From assembly GCA_965250285.1 (NCBI GenBank), contig OZ252299.1, positions 5,184,001 through 5,248,000 on the forward strand: DNA of 64,000 nucleotides, in the 5' to 3' direction. A program made the position numbers and the translations under genes. Positions 10,397 through 19,767 of the stretch are shown piece by piece. Under the pieces are notes generated by a model, which worked only from the letters and a program-made list of their open reading frames with translations, did not search any database and was not told the DNA's origin. Each line of letters opens with the position of its first letter. Position 1 is the stretch's first letter. Source of the DNA: Myxococcota bacterium (GTDB taxonomy: Bacteria > Myxococcota_A > UBA9160 > UBA4427).

Positions 10397-11726
10397 CTTC
10401 GATGTATCCCAGGCTGCGCAGTCGTTCGACGAGCTCTTCTTCGGCACCCGATGCCGCGAAGGGCAGCCGCTCGATCTCGGTCGTGTCATAGCTCGCGATC
10501 TGCTCGCGTTCCTGCAGCAGGGGCGGCGTGAGGAAGGGGGCGGCATGGCCCTGCATGTCGAGCGCCTCGGGCAGGCCCCACCAGGCCAGAATCGTCGGCG
10601 TCACGTCGGCGACGGTGAGCCCCTCGATGCGGGTGCCCGGCTCGATGCCCCGCCCGCGCGCGAAGAAGACGCCGTCGATCGAGGCCTCGCCCTTGTGTGC
10701 TCCGGTGAGCAGGCCCATGCCTCGGCCGGCCTCGAAGCCGTGGTCGGACAGGACGATCACCAGATCGTCCGGCCCCATGCGCTCGACGAGCAGGCCGACG
10801 AGGGCATCGTTGAACTCGTAGTAGCGCTCCAGGGCCGCGCGCGCAGCCGCCTGCTCTTCGGGCGTGATGTGCAGCTCTTCGTCATAGAGGCTCATGTCCT
10901 CCATCGCGCTCCACAAGAAGTGCGAGACGCGGTCGATGCCGGGCAGCAGCACCATCATCAGATCGGGATCGATCGAACGCTGCACCTCGAGGGCGATGCG
11001 CGCGAGCGCTTCGTCCTCGTCGAATCGCCGAGGCAGGCTCTGGCCAGCGAGCGCGTAGTACGTCGGCAGGGCCGGGTTGTTGCGGAGCGGGTTCTCGAAG
11101 CGCGTGAGTCTCGGCTGATCGCCCTCGGTCGCGCGAAGCAGCCGGTCGTGCCAGGCCTCGGGGTAGACGACCGGCCCGGCGGGTACCTCGTCGGCATCGG
11201 TGAGGCTGAGGCGTCCACGCACCTGCTGTGCGAGCAGATGATCCGAGACCATGACGCCTTCGACGACCTCGGGTGGATAGGTGTTCCAGAAGTTGATGAC
11301 GCCGACGCTCATGCCGAGGCCCGACGCAATGTTCCAGAGTGCGTGCACCCTTCGGTCGGTCGAGAGGTAGAGCGAGCGCGAACCATCCGCGGCGCGCGGC
11401 TTCGCGAACGAGTGGATGCCGTGGTGCTCGGGGAGCTTGCCCGAAGCGACCGTGTTCCAGATGCGCGGCGACTCGATCGGCTCGATGCTGCGGATCGTGC
11501 CCCGTACGCCGTGCGCGGCCAGATCGGCGAGGTAGGGCAGGCGACCCGCGTCGATCATCGGATCGACGAGCCGCGGCGACGCACCGTCGAGGCCGATCAC
11601 GAGCACCCGGCCTCGTTCGCTCGAGGCGTCGTCCTCCGCGCCCGGGCAGCCGGCGGCCCCCAGCACGAGGCAGGCCAGCGGGAGCCAGTGCGCGCATCGG
11701 CGCAGGATCGGGACGAGCCGGCTCAA
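10389..11726 (-). CDS. Alkaline phosphatase superfamily lipoprotein, paralogue of the adjacent gene
   Basis: Lipobox-like GAAGC; GLDGA, SPRIWNTVASG, GIDRVSH, SDHGF, RLRSLGY. TTG start overlaps the upstream TGA. Confidence 0.85.
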   Translation of the reverse strand: MSRLVPILRRCAHWLPLACLVLGAAGCPGAEDDASSERGRVLVIGLDGASPRLVDPMIDAGRLPYLADLAAHGVRGTIRSIEPIESPRIWNTVASGKLPEHHGIHSFAKPRAADGSRSLYLSTDRRVHALWNIASGLGMSVGVINFWNTYPPEVVEGVMVSDHLLAQQVRGRLSLTDADEVPAGPVVYPEAWHDRLLRATEGDQPRLTRFENPLRNNPALPTYYALAGQSLPRRFDEDEALARIALEVQRSIDPDLMMVLLPGIDRVSHFLWSAMEDMSLYDEELHITPEEQAAARAALERYYEFNDALVGLLVERMGPDDLVIVLSDHGFEAGRGMGLLTGAHKGEASIDGVFFARGRGIEPGTRIEGLTVADVTPTILAWWGLPEALDMQGHAAPFLTPPLLQEREQIASYDTTEIERLPFAASGAEEELVERLRSLGYIEDD

Positions 11727-12775
11727 GCGGTCTCCGATGCGGGCAGCGCCCGGGCGATCACGCGTTGGTTCGAAGTCTCGAGGCCGAGCTTCGTTCGCGC
11801 GACGTCCATCATGACGGCGAGACCGAGCAGCAGCGGGTTCTGAAAGTTGACGAATCGGCAGAGCCAGTCGGGTGCGCCCTTGTCCTTCAGCCAGTTCTGG
11901 TTCGAGATGATCCAGGAGGAGGTGCTGATCAGGCACTCGCTGACGACGATCTCGAAGCCGCGCGTCTCGAGCATGCGTCGGAGCGACGCCATCGAGAAGA
12001 GGTTCCAGTGCCGAGGAAAGTGATAGTGCCCCCAGTATCGGCCCTCGAACAGCGCGTAGTCGAGGCCTGCGAGGTTCGGTGTCTCGATCACGAACACACC
12101 GCCCGGCTTGAGGAGACGGTGCACCTGCTCGCACACGACTGCCGGGTCTTCGACGTGCTCGATCAGCTGCAGCATGACGACGCAGTCGAAGCGGCCGCGC
12201 TGGTCGGGCTGGTCCGCGAAATCCTCGACACGCTCCGCGTGGGCTTCGAAACCCATCTGACGGCACTTCTCGATCGCGCCGGCGTCGAACTCGAGCCCGA
12301 CCATCTGCCATTCGGGTGCACCGAAGTCGCGCAGCAGGGAGAGGAATCGGCCGTCGCCGCAGCCGACATCGAGCAGCGTGCGCGGCCCATCGCCCACCCA
12401 CTCTCGATAGAGCTCGACCTTGCCACTCTCCCACCAACGCTGCGCCTTTGTGACGAGCGCATTCGTGGTACCCAGGAACGAGTAGTAGTTCGAGGGATAG
12501 ATCACGTCGAGGTCGCCGACGTTCGGTCGCGGACTCAGATAGACGTGACCGCAGGCGGCGCAGCGCACGAACGTGAAGCGGTTCGACGCGGTGTCGTACT
12601 CGAAGTCGCGGCCCTCGGCGACGACCTGTGCCTCGTTCGAACCACACATCGCGCAGTGCTGTTCGACGAGGTCGAGCATCGGGGCCGCGGCATCGCTCGC
12701 GGCGGCCCTCTGCGCGGTCGCGGTGCGCGCGGGAGACTCGGGGGGCACGTGGGTTTCGTCTTCCGCGCTGTTCAC
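11723..12775 (-). CDS. Class I SAM-dependent methyltransferase with N-terminal CxxC..CxxC
   Basis: CAMC...CAAC, LLDVGCGDG, LIEHVEDP, LKPGG, ETPN. GTG start overlaps the upstream stop (GTGA). Confidence 0.9.
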   Translation of the reverse strand: MNSAEDETHVPPESPARTATAQRAAASDAAAPMLDLVEQHCAMCGSNEAQVVAEGRDFEYDTASNRFTFVRCAACGHVYLSPRPNVGDLDVIYPSNYYSFLGTTNALVTKAQRWWESGKVELYREWVGDGPRTLLDVGCGDGRFLSLLRDFGAPEWQMVGLEFDAGAIEKCRQMGFEAHAERVEDFADQPDQRGRFDCVVMLQLIEHVEDPAVVCEQVHRLLKPGGVFVIETPNLAGLDYALFEGRYWGHYHFPRHWNLFSMASLRRMLETRGFEIVVSECLISTSSWIISNQNWLKDKGAPDWLCRFVNFQNPLLLGLAVMMDVARTKLGLETSNQRVIARALPASETA

Positions 12776-13647
12776 GACCGGTCGGCTGGCGCGACAGGGG
12801 TGTCGGCGGCGGGTGCGTCGGCGATCAGACCGGCCGCGGCGAGGTTCTCCTGCGAGGGGAAGCTGCGACCCCCGAAGACGCGGTGCTCGATCGGGACGTT
12901 GCGCTCGACGAGGAAGTCGCGCTTGGCGGTGAACGTCTGCAGGTAGCGATGCCAGGGGATGCCCGGCCAGAGGTGGTGGATCGCGTGGTAGTTGTGCTGG
13001 AGCACGATCGGGGTGAGCCAACCGACGTCGACGATGCGTGTCCCGAGGTAGCGGTGCGACGGCAGACCGGCATGGGGCAGATAGTTCACGTACCAGTCCA
13101 TGATGATCTTCGAGATCACGAGGGGGACGAGCCAGAGGCCGATCAATGCCAGGCCGTGTCCCGTTGCGATCGCGGCGATCCAGATGCCGACGATCACGAG
13201 TGTGACGATCAGATCGGAGCGACGCTGGTTCTCGGTGCGCGGATCGTCGGCCAGCTTGTCCTTCGCGTACGCGATTGCGCGAACGTACCGAAGCGGAAGC
13301 TGCCAGAACGGTCCGTCGGCATAGATCAGGTTCGGGTCTTCGCCGGCCACGTTCAGATACTTGTGATGATCGAGATGCACCGAGCGCTGGAGAAAGTACG
13401 GCGTGACGTAGGGAAGCATGCCCAGTACGCCGACGACGTTGTTCACCATGCGATTGCGAGACACGTTGCCGTGCGCGGCCTCGTGCCAGATCGTGAATGC
13501 GAAGTGGATCGGGATGATGCCGATCAGCGCATGCAGCCAGAGTGGACCGGGGTGTCGACCGAAGAGGTAGATCACGATGTTGCCGACGAAGAGGGCCCAC
13601 TGGGCGCCGAGCAACCAGAGCGTGCCGACATCGAGGCCGCGGCTCAC
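12772..13647 (-). CDS. Membrane fatty-acid desaturase superfamily protein, CrtR (beta-carotene hydroxylase)-like
   Basis: Three His boxes HEAAH, HLDHH and HAIHH, the last in NYHAIHHLWPGIPW; YLPH motif; hydrophobic segments. Confidence 0.8.
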   Translation of the reverse strand: MSRGLDVGTLWLLGAQWALFVGNIVIYLFGRHPGPLWLHALIGIIPIHFAFTIWHEAAHGNVSRNRMVNNVVGVLGMLPYVTPYFLQRSVHLDHHKYLNVAGEDPNLIYADGPFWQLPLRYVRAIAYAKDKLADDPRTENQRRSDLIVTLVIVGIWIAAIATGHGLALIGLWLVPLVISKIIMDWYVNYLPHAGLPSHRYLGTRIVDVGWLTPIVLQHNYHAIHHLWPGIPWHRYLQTFTAKRDFLVERNVPIEHRVFGGRSFPSQENLAAAGLIADAPAADTPVAPADRS

Positions 13648-13972
13648 GGCACGGTGCGGGACTCGCTCGAGGGGTTGTCGGGTGCGGTGGACATGGCGAC
13701 GGGGGGTGCGCTCCGCGGGGTTTCGGATCGGCCAGTCGACGCCGCGGAAGGGCCGGTCGAGGCCGCTCCGGCCCGGCCGGGCGATGCGATAAGCTACCGG
13801 AGTTCGAAGGTTTACGTCAATTTCCCTCCCCGCTCGGGCCGTCGCTCGAGTCTCGCGGCGGCGGAACGAGCCGCACGTCGCGGAGGGGCCGATTGCCCTG
13901 ACCCGTCGATGGGCCACCCGCTGGTGAGCGCGTGAAGAGAAGAGCCCGAGGCGGGCGCTAGGTGAGCGCAAG

Positions 13973-16279
13973 GTGAGCGCAACCGGCAGCACATCGGCAA
14001 ATGAGGCCCCGGCCTCCCCGAACCGAGACACGTCCGTCTGGGCGCTCGTGCTCGTCTTCGTCCTGAGCCTGCTCTTCCAGGTCCCGATGGTGGACCGCTG
14101 GTTCAACTTCATGGACGAAGGCCACATGGTCCAGTACGCCCAGATGGGGGCGGATGGCTACCAGTTCTATCGCGACGTCACGTTCTACCCGTTGCCCGGC
14201 TCGTTCTGGTTGCTCGCCCTGATCTTCAAGGTCTTCGAGCCGAGCGTGATCCTCACCCGTTGGATCGTCGCGCTGCAGTTCTCGGCCTTCGTAACGCTTC
14301 TCTACGTGCTGTGCCGGCGCGTCGCATCGGTGCGCGTCGCAGCGATCAGCGTCTTCGCGCTGCTGCTCTACCGCATCTGGGCGTTCCCGCACTGGCAGAT
14401 GTACAGCTACTCGACGACGTGTCTGTTGCTGATCGTCGTCTGCTTGCTCTTGATGCTCCGGTTCTTCGATACCGGCGAGACCCGGCGGCTCGGCATTGCG
14501 GGTTTCGTCTTCGGCCTGGCGGTGCTCGCCAAGCAGGATTACTCGGCCGGCTTCATGCTGGCCGCGGTGCCGCTGCTCTTGATCTGGAACGGTACGGCAC
14601 CGGCCGGCGCCCGACGCTCGACGCTCTCGCTGCTCGGTTGGTTCTATGGTCCCGCTGCCGTCGTCGGCGCGCTGACGGGGCTCTACTACCTCGCGCAGGG
14701 CATCCTGCCCGATCTGCTCCAGTTCACGGTCTTCAACCACTTCACGGGCATGTCGACGTACGAGTACACGTCGTTCCCGTCCTTCTTTCCACTCGTGCAC
14801 GACGTCACCGATGCGAACGCGGATGGCTGGATGACCTGGTTACAGGATCCGCGGCTGCGCGAACGGTTGGCACGGGCCACCTATGCCCCCGGCGTCTTGT
14901 TCACCGTCGACTGGCCAGTCGTGCGAAACCACCCGCTCTACCTGAACACGCCGATCTACGACGTGACCATGAAGCTCTACTACTACCTGCCGCCGATCTT
15001 CACAGCGGGGTTTCTCGTCTCGCTCTGGCGTCGGCGATCGGCGTTGAACGCGCCGCTCGAAGATCCCGCGCGGCGCGCCTTCCTGGCCGAATGCGGCATC
15101 GCGGGGAGCGCCGCCGGCCTGCTGCTGCTGGTCTGGGCGAACAAGCCGCAGGACTACCTGCATCTCGCGGTGCTCTATTGGCCGCTGATCCTGCTGCTCG
15201 CGATCCACTCGGCCCGGCTCGTACGCCAGCGTCCGCGGGTCGCGGCCGCGATCGCCATCGTGCTCGCTCTGCCGATGCTCGTGGGGCTCGCGTACTCGGC
15301 GCGCATCATGTACCGCCTGCGCTCGATTCACGACACCGAGGTTCGGATCGACCGTGCGGGCTATGCAGTGCGGCCCTACGAAGCCGAGATCCTCGAGAAC
15401 GTCGTCGCGTACATCCACGAGCACGTCGAGCCGGGCGAGCGCGTGGCAGCGCTGCCGTACTTTCCGATCCTCAACTTTCTGGCCGACCGCGACGGACCGC
15501 ATCGGGCGGCGTACATCCTCTGGCCCTTTCCCGAGATCGAGGAGCGTGATCAGCGGGTCATCGAGGGCATGGAGGAGACCGGCACCGACGTCGTGATCTG
15601 GCACTTCACTCAGTTCGAGAGCTTCCCGCCGGTCTGGGAGTACGCACCCGAGGTGTTCGACTACCTCGTCGATCACTTCGTGATCGACGAGGTCTTCAGC
15701 TACGACAAGTGGCGCTACAAGCTCGCGGGTCTGCGCCGCGAAGACCCGGCAGACGAAGAACGGCGGGGCGTCGCCCTGGTCGCGCCCGATCAGTCCAACG
15801 TCTCGCTCGCGCTCGAGGGGGCAGGGCCGATCGTGCCCGTGGCGCCCGGCGATCGCGACGCGATGCTGCAGCGCACCGTATGGCCCTTCCGCCGCGTGCT
15901 CTCCGTACGTCCGACGTCGAGCGGCGAGCGCACCGTGATGCGCGTACGACATCGGGTGAGCGACGAAGGTGAGCTTCTGACCAGCGCCGTGGCCGTGCAT
16001 CCACAGAGCTGGTTTCGACTGCCGCCGTCGTGGAGCGACTTCGAGCTCTACGTCGAACACGCCGGCGAACGGACGCCTGTCTTCGATCAGCGACTCGACC
16101 CGACCGCCGAGCTCGGCGATCGGCGCTGGTTCGAGTTCGAGGTCGACCTCTCGCCCTGGGCCGGCGAAGACATCGACCTGCTCTTCGTGAACGAGGTCGA
16201 GCGACCCCAAGGGGAGTTGCTGATGATGGCCGGGTGGTGGGAGCCGCGTGTTCGACCGGCGCCGCCGCACGACTCATGA
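13973..16279 (+). CDS. GT-C fold (ArnT/PMT-like) membrane glycosyltransferase with C-terminal soluble domain
   Basis: Acidic MDEG motif after TM1, many TM helices, AKQDY, QDYLH, then a periplasmic extension. Confidence 0.75.
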   Translation: MSATGSTSANEAPASPNRDTSVWALVLVFVLSLLFQVPMVDRWFNFMDEGHMVQYAQMGADGYQFYRDVTFYPLPGSFWLLALIFKVFEPSVILTRWIVALQFSAFVTLLYVLCRRVASVRVAAISVFALLLYRIWAFPHWQMYSYSTTCLLLIVVCLLLMLRFFDTGETRRLGIAGFVFGLAVLAKQDYSAGFMLAAVPLLLIWNGTAPAGARRSTLSLLGWFYGPAAVVGALTGLYYLAQGILPDLLQFTVFNHFTGMSTYEYTSFPSFFPLVHDVTDANADGWMTWLQDPRLRERLARATYAPGVLFTVDWPVVRNHPLYLNTPIYDVTMKLYYYLPPIFTAGFLVSLWRRRSALNAPLEDPARRAFLAECGIAGSAAGLLLLVWANKPQDYLHLAVLYWPLILLLAIHSARLVRQRPRVAAAIAIVLALPMLVGLAYSARIMYRLRSIHDTEVRIDRAGYAVRPYEAEILENVVAYIHEHVEPGERVAALPYFPILNFLADRDGPHRAAYILWPFPEIEERDQRVIEGMEETGTDVVIWHFTQFESFPPVWEYAPEVFDYLVDHFVIDEVFSYDKWRYKLAGLRREDPADEERRGVALVAPDQSNVSLALEGAGPIVPVAPGDRDAMLQRTVWPFRRVLSVRPTSSGERTVMRVRHRVSDEGELLTSAVAVHPQSWFRLPPSWSDFELYVEHAGERTPVFDQRLDPTAELGDRRWFEFEVDLSPWAGEDIDLLFVNEVERPQGELLMMAGWWEPRVRPAPPHDS

Positions 16280-16335
16280 GCCGCGATCGCCGGTGACGCC
16301 GGGGGACGCGCCGCGAAGGGCGATTCTTGAAGCCC

Positions 16336-17307
16336 ATGCGCCCGTCGTGGCAGACTCAGCGCGCCTTGAGCTCACCCACCGTAGACAGCCTCGAACCGAC
16401 GGCCTCTGCTGAGACCGCAGACCGGGTCGCGCGATGCCTCGTATGTGGGTCGACGCGAACCGAGCAGCGCTACCAGATCACGCGCTTCAAAGTGATGGGC
16501 TGCCTCGACTGCGAGCAGATCTTTCTGCACCCGCTCCCGAGCGAAGCCGAGATCGTCGACCTCTTTCGCCAGCTCTACACGAACGGCGAAGGGTCGGTGC
16601 CCGAGCTCAAGGAGTACTACCAGTTCACGTATCACGACGAGCCCGAGAATCCGCTCGTTCAGCAGTACGAACGACACCTCGAACTGATCGAGCGGCACCG
16701 TGCGCCGGGCCGATTGCTCGACCTCGGCTGCGGGACCGGGCTCTTCCTCGCCGTCGCACGCCGACGCGGCTGGGAGTGTTTCGGCGTGGACGAGAGCCGT
16801 GAGGCGACCGACTGGGCGCGCGATCACTTCGGACTCGATCCATGGGTCGGCGCGTTCGAGTCATTCGCGGGCGAGGGCCGCACCTTCGACGTGATCTCGG
16901 GCTGGGACATCATCGAGCACAGCCGCGACCCCGTCGCCCTGCTCGAGGTGGCGCGCGAGTGTCTCGCGCCGGGTGGCTTCGTTGCGCTGTCGACACCCAA
17001 TCAGCGTTCGATGCTCGATCTCGTCGCGGGCGCGATGTACCGATTGAGTGCGGGGCGCGTGACGGGCCCGCTCGAGAAGTTCTACATCGAGCAACACTTC
17101 CTCTATTTCACGCCCGACAGCTTTCGCGACTGCCTCGAGCGCGCCGGGCTCGAGATCGTTCAGCTCGACCTCGAGCAGACCGATCTACGGCGACTTCACA
17201 TGAACCCGATCGTCAAGCTCGGTCTGCACGGCCTCTTCGCCGTGGGGCGGATGATCCGTCGCCAGAATCGACTCTTCGTCGTGGCGCGAGCTCGCGCGAA
17301 GGCCTGA
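16336..17307 (+). CDS. Class I SAM-dependent methyltransferase with N-terminal CxxC..CxxC
   Basis: CLVC...CLDC, LLDLGCGTG, WDIIEHSRDP, LAPGG, STPN, EQHFLYF. Start uncertain (16327, 16336 or slightly later). Confidence 0.9.
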   Translation: MRPSWQTQRALSSPTVDSLEPTASAETADRVARCLVCGSTRTEQRYQITRFKVMGCLDCEQIFLHPLPSEAEIVDLFRQLYTNGEGSVPELKEYYQFTYHDEPENPLVQQYERHLELIERHRAPGRLLDLGCGTGLFLAVARRRGWECFGVDESREATDWARDHFGLDPWVGAFESFAGEGRTFDVISGWDIIEHSRDPVALLEVARECLAPGGFVALSTPNQRSMLDLVAGAMYRLSAGRVTGPLEKFYIEQHFLYFTPDSFRDCLERAGLEIVQLDLEQTDLRRLHMNPIVKLGLHGLFAVGRMIRRQNRLFVVARARAKA

Positions 17308-17527
17308 CCGTGACCCGTGACGGCGCCGTCGCTCTCGTCACTCTGGTTGACCGGAAGACGGCCGGCAGACGAGACGCAAGTGCGCCCGCGGGCGCGGCGG
17401 TACGCTTGAACGCGCGTCGCTGAAGCTGGTAGTCTGGCCCGTCTTGATTCGCGCCCGTGGGCCGGGCCCGATTCGCACACCTGGGACGGACGGCAACCCG
17501 AAGTCGCTCGGTCGAGCCACCCCAGCC

Positions 17528-18319
17528 ATGAGGTCGTTCCCCGCATTGTCCGACGCGCTCGACTCCGAATCGCGGATCCTGGTGATCCTGCCGACGTACA
17601 ACGAGATCGAGAACGTGCTCGATCTGAGTCGGGACGTGCTCGAGCAGGATGCCCGCATCGACGTGCTCGTCGTCGACGATGCGAGCCCCGACGGCACGGG
17701 CGATGCGGTCGCGCAGGCGATGGAGTCGCAGCCCCGCCTGCATCTCTTGCGGCGCGAGGGCAAGCTCGGTCTCGGGACCGCCTATCTCGCGGGCTTTCGT
17801 TACGGGCTCGATCGTGGCTATGACGCGATCTTCACGATGGACTGCGACTACAGCCACCATCCCAAGTATCTACCGGCGTTGATCGAGCTGCTCGGTGCGC
17901 ACGATCTCGTCATCGGGTCGCGCTACGTGCCGGGCGGCGGGGTCGCGAACTGGCCGTGGCATCGGCGCGCGCTGTCGCGCTTCGCCAACTTCTATGCGCG
18001 GACGCTGCTTCGGCTGCCGATCAACGACTGTACGGCGGGCTTTCGTGGTTATCGACGCAAGGTGCTCGAGACGGTCGATCCCTTCGCGATTCGCTCTCAG
18101 GGGTACTCGTTTCTCGAAGAGATGGCGAGCCGCGTCGTGCGATGTCATTTCACCGTGGGCGAGGTCCCGATCATCTTCGTCGATCGCCGGCTCGGCGTTT
18201 CGAAGATCGAGTCGCGCGAGATCTACCTGGCGGCTTGGTATGTGCTCGTGACGGCGCTGCGACCGCCGCCGATCCGAAGCCTCGAGCCGAGCCGCAACGG
18301 CGGATCGGCCGCGCCCTGA
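17528..18319 (+). CDS. Polyprenol monophosphomannose synthase-like GT2 (Dpm1/Ppm1 family)
   Basis: ILPTYNE, VDDASPDGT, GLGTAY, MDCDYSH, GSRY, DCTAGFR, PIIFVDRRLGVSK. Confidence 0.92.
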   Translation: MRSFPALSDALDSESRILVILPTYNEIENVLDLSRDVLEQDARIDVLVVDDASPDGTGDAVAQAMESQPRLHLLRREGKLGLGTAYLAGFRYGLDRGYDAIFTMDCDYSHHPKYLPALIELLGAHDLVIGSRYVPGGGVANWPWHRRALSRFANFYARTLLRLPINDCTAGFRGYRRKVLETVDPFAIRSQGYSFLEEMASRVVRCHFTVGEVPIIFVDRRLGVSKIESREIYLAAWYVLVTALRPPPIRSLEPSRNGGSAAP

Positions 18320-18360
18320 GCAGCGCGCGCCCGGGCCGGGCCGCGGCGCAGCCTCTCCCA

Positions 18361-19767
18361 TCAGAATTGGAAGTAGATGAACTCGCCGCCGGCACCCGCG
18401 ACCATGATCGCGACGCCGAGGATGAGACCGAACACGATGCCCTCGAGGGCGGCCCCTGCCGGCGCGCGCGCGAGCCGCGCACGCATCGACGGCGCGCGCA
18501 GGCGCAATGCTCGCTCGACGAAGTGGAGCGCGACGCAGACGACGACGACGCTCGTCTGAAAGACGGGCCAGCCGATCGTGTTGCCGCTCGTGCACATGAG
18601 CCGGATGTAGTCGATTGCGCCGCTGAACGTCTCTGCCCGGAAGAAGACCCAGATCAAGCACACGACTTGGAAGAGCACGGCGCTCTTCAGCACATCGCGC
18701 CAACCGTACGGCGCATCCTCGGGCATCGCGGGCTTGCCGAAGCGGCGGTGCGCGATGAGGATCGCACCATGCAGACCGCCCCAGACGACGAAGTTCCAGC
18801 TGGCGCCGTGCCAGAGCCCGCCGAGCAACATCGTGATCGCGAGGTTGCGATAGGTGAGAAACGCCCCGCCGCGATTGCCGCCGAGCGGGATATAGAGGTA
18901 GTCCTGCAGCCATCGCGACAACGTGATGTGCCAGCGGCGCCAGAACTCCGAGGGATTGCGTGAGAGGTAGGGCTCCTTGAAGTTGAGGGGCAGCTCGAAG
19001 CCCATGAGCAGCGCCATGCCGCGCGCCATATCGGTGTAGCCCGAGAAGTCGTAGTAGATCTGGAACGCGAAGCTGTAGAGCGCGATCAGCAGAAACGGCG
19101 TCGACGCGACGAGGTCGGGACCGAAGTTCTCATCGACGAACCCGGAGAGCAGGAAGTCGGCGAGGACCACCTTCTTGAGCAGGCCCGTGGCGATCAGCCA
19201 CAAGCCTCGTCGGGTGCGGTCGAAGGTCATGTCGCCGCCGCGTTCGAGCTGGGGGAGGAACTCGTGGCCGCGCAGGATCGGGCCGGCGATCAGCTGTGGA
19301 AAGAACGAGATGAAGAGCAGATAGCGACGGAAGCTCATCACCGGCTCGATCTGACCACGGTACGTGTCGATCGTGAGCGCGAGCAGCTGGAAGCTGTAGA
19401 ACGAGATGCCGAGCGGAAGGAAGATCTCGGGCACGGGCGGCTCGAAGCCGAACACGCCCCCCATGACCGGCGCGACCGTGGTGATCGCCATCGTGGCGTA
19501 TTTGAAGAAGCCGAGGAGACCCAGCGTGAAGACGATCGACGCGATGAGCCACGCCCGAGGGCGATCGCTGCGCACCATGCGCTGCAAGAAAAGCCAGTTG
19601 ACGGCGACGTCGCCGAGCAGCAGAAGGATGTATGCCGGCAGCCACATCGTGTAGAACACGAGGCTCGCCGCGAGCAGCACCGCGTTGCGATGAGGCCGCG
19701 GCGTCAGGCGGTACGCCGTCAGGACGACGACGAAGAAGACGAAGAACGGCAGGGTGTTGAAGAGCAC
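18361..19767 (-). CDS. MBOAT family O-acyltransferase (AlgI/DltB-like)
   Basis: LPLGISFYSFQ, FFPQLIAGPI, QIYYDFSGYTDMA, EFWRRWHITLS, GGLWHGASWNF, EFIYFQF. Confidence 0.95.
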   Translation of the reverse strand: MLFNTLPFFVFFVVVLTAYRLTPRPHRNAVLLAASLVFYTMWLPAYILLLLGDVAVNWLFLQRMVRSDRPRAWLIASIVFTLGLLGFFKYATMAITTVAPVMGGVFGFEPPVPEIFLPLGISFYSFQLLALTIDTYRGQIEPVMSFRRYLLFISFFPQLIAGPILRGHEFLPQLERGGDMTFDRTRRGLWLIATGLLKKVVLADFLLSGFVDENFGPDLVASTPFLLIALYSFAFQIYYDFSGYTDMARGMALLMGFELPLNFKEPYLSRNPSEFWRRWHITLSRWLQDYLYIPLGGNRGGAFLTYRNLAITMLLGGLWHGASWNFVVWGGLHGAILIAHRRFGKPAMPEDAPYGWRDVLKSAVLFQVVCLIWVFFRAETFSGAIDYIRLMCTSGNTIGWPVFQTSVVVVCVALHFVERALRLRAPSMRARLARAPAGAALEGIVFGLILGVAIMVAGAGGEFIYFQF

